A DNA stretch of 52,403 nt, from sequence record DRR378314_244. One strand, given 5' to 3'. A program made the position numbers and the translations under genes. A model generated the notes under the pieces. That model did not search any database. It saw only the letters and a list, made by a program, of their open reading frames with translations, and was not told where the DNA came from. This document shows positions 48,979 to 52,403 of this stretch, piece by piece. Numbering within the stretch: the first letter of the stretch is position 1; each line of letters starts with the position of its first letter.

Positions 48979-51618
48979 GTGAGTGACGCAAAAACCACGC
49001 CAATGATGGCGCAATATCTTGAGATCAAGGCGGAACATCAGGGGGCGCTGCTGTTCTACCGCATGGGCGACTTTTACGAGATGTTTTTTGACGATGCCGT
49101 CGCCGCAGCCGAGGCGTTGGACATTGCCCTGACCAAACGCGGCAAACACGACGGCGACGATATTCCCATGTGTGGCGTGCCGCATCATGCCGCCGAAGGA
49201 TACTTCCTGACGCTGATCCGCAAGGGGTTTCGTGTTGCTGTTTGTGAGCAAATGGAAAGCCCCGCGGAAGCCAAGAAACGCGGTTATAAAGCCGTGGTAA
49301 GACGCGAAGTGGTGCGGCTGGTCACACCCGGCACTTTGACAGAGGATTCCCTGCTTGAAGCGCGGCGTCACAACTTTCTTGCCGCCTTTGCTGAAGTGCG
49401 CGATGCGCAGGCGCTGGCATGGGTCGATATTTCCACCGGGGCCTTCCATGTGATGCCGTTACCCATTGTGCGCCTGGGCCCTGAATTGGCACGTTTATCC
49501 CCTTCGGAACTCATCGTCTCCGAAGCAAAGGAGGATGAATTGCGCGATCTAGTCTCTGATTTCGACATTGCCCTAACTGGATTGGCGCGCTCTGCCTTTG
49601 ATAGCACAAGCGCGGAAAAACGTATTTGTGATCTGTTCTCGATTGCCACACTTGACGCTTTTGGCAATTTTTCCCGCGCTGAAATCTCGGCGATGGGCGC
49701 GTTGATCAACTATCTTGAGATTACGCAAAAGGGAAAGCTGCCGTTGCTGCGCCCCCCACAAAAAGAGAGTGAAGAGCGCAGTGTTCAGATCGATGCAGCC
49801 ACACGGCGCAATCTTGAGCTGACCCACAGTTTGAATGGTGGCAGGGCCGGATCACTTCTGGCACTGATGGACCGCACCTGTACCGCTGCAGGCGCACGCC
49901 TGTTGGAGCGACGCATTTCAAGCCCCTCACGGGTCACTAAAACCATCGGGCAGCGCCTTGATGCTGTCAGCCATGCCTTTGAAAACAGTCGGCTGCGGCA
50001 AGAGCTGCGGGAAACCTTGCGCAAAACCCCTGATCTGGATCGGGCATTGTCGCGGCTGGCGCTTGACCGCGGTGGTCCACGTGACCTGGCCGCCATTCGA
50101 AACGGGCTGAGCGAAGCAGAGCATTTGGCGCAGCAATTGAGCGGTGATTTGCCTGATCTGATCAGCACTGCCGTCAAAGGGTTGGTCGGCCATGAGGAAT
50201 TGATCACCCTTCTTGACGATGCCCTGATCGCAGAACCCCCGTTGTTGGCACGGGATGGTGGGTTCATTGCATCGGGCTATGACAGCGAGTTGGACGAATC
50301 CCGCACTTTGCGCGATGAGGGGCGCAGCGTGATTGCGCAGATGCAGGTAAAGTTTGCCGCCGACACCGGCATTTCCTCGCTCAAGATCAAGCACAACAAT
50401 GTGCTGGGTTACTTCATCGAGACAACCGCCACCCATGCGGAAAAGATGTTGTCCCCGCCCCTTTCCGAAACCTTCATTCACCGGCAAACCACTGCCAATC
50501 AGGTGCGGTTCACCACCGTTGAACTCTCTGAGATGGAAACCAAGATCTTGAATGCGGGCAATCACGCCCTTGAGATCGAAAAGCAGCTCTATGAAACGCT
50601 TAGACAGGCGATTTTGGCCCGTGCAGCAGAGATCGGCGTGACCTCTACCGGCATTGCAGAGGTTGATCTGGCCTTTGCGCTGGCGGAACTTGCAAGCGTA
50701 GAAAATTGGGTGCGTCCCAAGGTTGACGACAGCCGCGCCTTTAACATCGAAGGGGGCCGGCATCCCGTGGTCGAACGGGCCCTCGCACAGCAAAGCGGCG
50801 ATCCTTTCATAGCCAACCATTGTGATCTGACAGCAAAAGACAGTGCCAATATCTGGCTGCTGACCGGTCCCAACATGGCGGGTAAGTCGACGTTTCTGCG
50901 GCAGAACGCCCTGATTGCGTTGATGGCCCAAATGGGCAGCTTTGTGCCTGCAACCTCGGCACATATCGGGATAGTCAGCCAATTGTTCAGCCGTGTCGGT
51001 GCCTCTGATGATCTGGCGCGGGGGCGGTCGACCTTTATGGTTGAAATGGTTGAAACCGCTGCAATCCTGAATCAGGCAGATGATCGCGCCCTGGTGATCC
51101 TGGACGAAATCGGTCGTGGCACCGCAACCTATGACGGCCTGTCAATCGCCTGGGCCACATTGGAACATCTGCATGACGTGAACAAATCCCGCGCCTTATT
51201 CGCCACGCATTATCATGAAATGACGGGCCTCTCCGCCAAGCTGGACGGCGTGGACAATGCAACGGTCGCCGTGAAGGAATGGGAGGGCGAGGTTATTTTC
51301 CTGCATGAGGTTCGCAAAGGCGCCGCCGACCGGTCCTACGGGGTGCAAGTGGCACAGTTGGCCGGCCTGCCTGATAGTGTTATCGCCCGCGCCCGTGTGG
51401 TGCTGGAAGCGCTAGAGAAAGGTGAACGCGAAGGCGGTGCGAAGCAAAAGACATTGATTGATGATTTGCCCCTGTTTTCAGCCGTTCCCGCCCCCGCACC
51501 GCAACCGGCCAAAGCATCCGCCGTAGAGGAACAACTGAAAGAAATCAGCCCTGACGAGCTAACCCCGCGCGAGGCACTGGACCTCCTGTACAAACTAAAA
51601 GAAGCGGCCAAATCCTGA
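48979..51618 (+). CDS. mutS: DNA mismatch repair protein MutS
   Basis: TPMMAQY, FYRMGDFYEMF, TGPNMAGKSTFLRQ, STFMVEM, DEIGRGT, FATHYHE, SYGVQVA. GTG start at 48979. Confidence 0.98.
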   Translation: MSDAKTTPMMAQYLEIKAEHQGALLFYRMGDFYEMFFDDAVAAAEALDIALTKRGKHDGDDIPMCGVPHHAAEGYFLTLIRKGFRVAVCEQMESPAEAKKRGYKAVVRREVVRLVTPGTLTEDSLLEARRHNFLAAFAEVRDAQALAWVDISTGAFHVMPLPIVRLGPELARLSPSELIVSEAKEDELRDLVSDFDIALTGLARSAFDSTSAEKRICDLFSIATLDAFGNFSRAEISAMGALINYLEITQKGKLPLLRPPQKESEERSVQIDAATRRNLELTHSLNGGRAGSLLALMDRTCTAAGARLLERRISSPSRVTKTIGQRLDAVSHAFENSRLRQELRETLRKTPDLDRALSRLALDRGGPRDLAAIRNGLSEAEHLAQQLSGDLPDLISTAVKGLVGHEELITLLDDALIAEPPLLARDGGFIASGYDSELDESRTLRDEGRSVIAQMQVKFAADTGISSLKIKHNNVLGYFIETTATHAEKMLSPPLSETFIHRQTTANQVRFTTVELSEMETKILNAGNHALEIEKQLYETLRQAILARAAEIGVTSTGIAEVDLAFALAELASVENWVRPKVDDSRAFNIEGGRHPVVERALAQQSGDPFIANHCDLTAKDSANIWLLTGPNMAGKSTFLRQNALIALMAQMGSFVPATSAHIGIVSQLFSRVGASDDLARGRSTFMVEMVETAAILNQADDRALVILDEIGRGTATYDGLSIAWATLEHLHDVNKSRALFATHYHEMTGLSAKLDGVDNATVAVKEWEGEVIFLHEVRKGAADRSYGVQVAQLAGLPDSVIARARVVLEALEKGEREGGAKQKTLIDDLPLFSAVPAPAPQPAKASAVEEQLKEISPDELTPREALDLLYKLKEAAKS

Positions 51619-51650
51619 CCGCTTCCTACTTGGAGCTCTGAACCTGTGCT

Positions 51651-52214
51651 TTACGATGCAGGCTGCGAGGAGACCCCGACTTGCGCAGGGCGCAGCAACC
51701 GGTCATGCAACATGAACCCTTCGGCAGCGACCTGAATAATATCGCCTGATTTGGTGCCCGGCACTGGTGCCTCAAACATCGCCTGATGCTGCTGCGGATC
51801 AAAGCGATCACCAACTTCGGGCGAGATTACTTCGATGCCGTGCTTCTTAAACACATTCAGCAGTTCGCGCATGGTCAGATCAACACCTTCCAACAAGGGG
51901 CCGGAAACTTCGCGCTGCTCATCGGTTGCTGCTTCAAGGGCGCGTTTCATATTGTCGTAAACAGGCAACATGTCACGAGCCAGCTTCGACCCGCCATAGT
52001 TTTCCGCCTCGCGCCGGTCTTTCTCTGACCGTTTACGCGCGTTTTCCGCATCCGCCAAAGCCCGCGTGAAACGGTCCTTGTACTGATCGCGCTCTGCGCG
52101 CAGTTCTTCCAGCGCCAGTGCCTCGTCATCAATCTCGGCCTCTTCGGCCGCATATTCTTCTGCCATTGCCTCTTCGATATTATCGAGGAATTCGTTTTCG
52201 TTCGCCTCTGCCAT
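51651..52214 (-). CDS. grpE: Nucleotide exchange factor GrpE
   Basis: RALADAENARKR, LPVYDN, FDPQQHQAM, GFMLHDRLLRPAQVGV. Confidence 0.96.
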   Translation of the reverse strand: MAEANENEFLDNIEEAMAEEYAAEEAEIDDEALALEELRAERDQYKDRFTRALADAENARKRSEKDRREAENYGGSKLARDMLPVYDNMKRALEAATDEQREVSGPLLEGVDLTMRELLNVFKKHGIEVISPEVGDRFDPQQHQAMFEAPVPGTKSGDIIQVAAEGFMLHDRLLRPAQVGVSSQPAS

Positions 52215-52223
52215 CTTAACCCT

Positions 52224-52403
52224 CTAGCTGCGGTCGGACACCAGCTTGCCGACAAGCTGCGCCGTATAATTCACAATTGGGACAATGCGCCCATAGTTCA
52301 AACGCGTGGGGCCAATCACCCCGACCGCGCCAATCACCTTACGGTCAGCGTTCATATAAGGGGAAACCACCAGAGAGGAACCCGAAAGTGAGAAAAGTTT
52401 GTT
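52224..52403 (-). CDS. hrcA: Heat-inducible transcription repressor HrcA (3' end only)
   Basis: Manual translation: [59 protein letters not shown]; immediately upstream of grpE. Confidence 0.95.
   Translation of the reverse strand, partial: NKLFSLSGSSLVVSPYMNADRKVIGAVGVIGPTRLNYGRIVPIVNYTAQLVGKLVSDRS

Noticed and set aside
49927-50982. 351-aa minus-strand ORF
   Set aside because: Antisense to mutS; no domain features.
1-52403. CRISPR arrays, rRNA/tRNA genes, prophage or anti-phage defence genes
   Set aside because: No regularly spaced repeats, tRNA-like sequences or relevant protein motifs were seen; the window is almost fully occupied by identifiable CDSs.

Overview
A 52.4 kb chromosomal window from an alphaproteobacterium, most likely of the Rhodobacterales/Roseobacter group judged from gene order and protein sequences. 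The backbone is housekeeping: nusA (partial), rimP, pip, ubiG, grxC, comF, hemH, L,D-transpeptidases, an RNA m5U methyltransferase, two tandem ABC exporters, cca, hslO, a REC-PP2C/Hpt signalling pair, ilvA, argG, msrA, ribokinase, maeB, mutS, grpE and hrcA (partial). A ~17 kb block of 16 genes (8698-25851) encodes an uncharacterised acid-sugar catabolic system. It has an enlarged TRAP transporter, a GntR/FCD regulator with a clear palindromic operator, three unrelated dehydratase or cycloisomerase families, six dehydrogenases, an FAH-family hydrolase and a KDG-type kinase. The most intriguing hypothesis concerns 26024-28248. There a 60-aa secreted, C-terminally membrane-anchored microprotein with a Gly-initiated mature N-terminus lies beside a Tat-exported L,D-transpeptidase, a CAP lipoprotein and a DpaA/YafK-like enzyme, and may form a peptidoglycan tether attach/detach module. 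I found no CRISPR array, rRNA, tRNA, integrase or transposase. All calls come from motif recognition by eye; no database searches were run.
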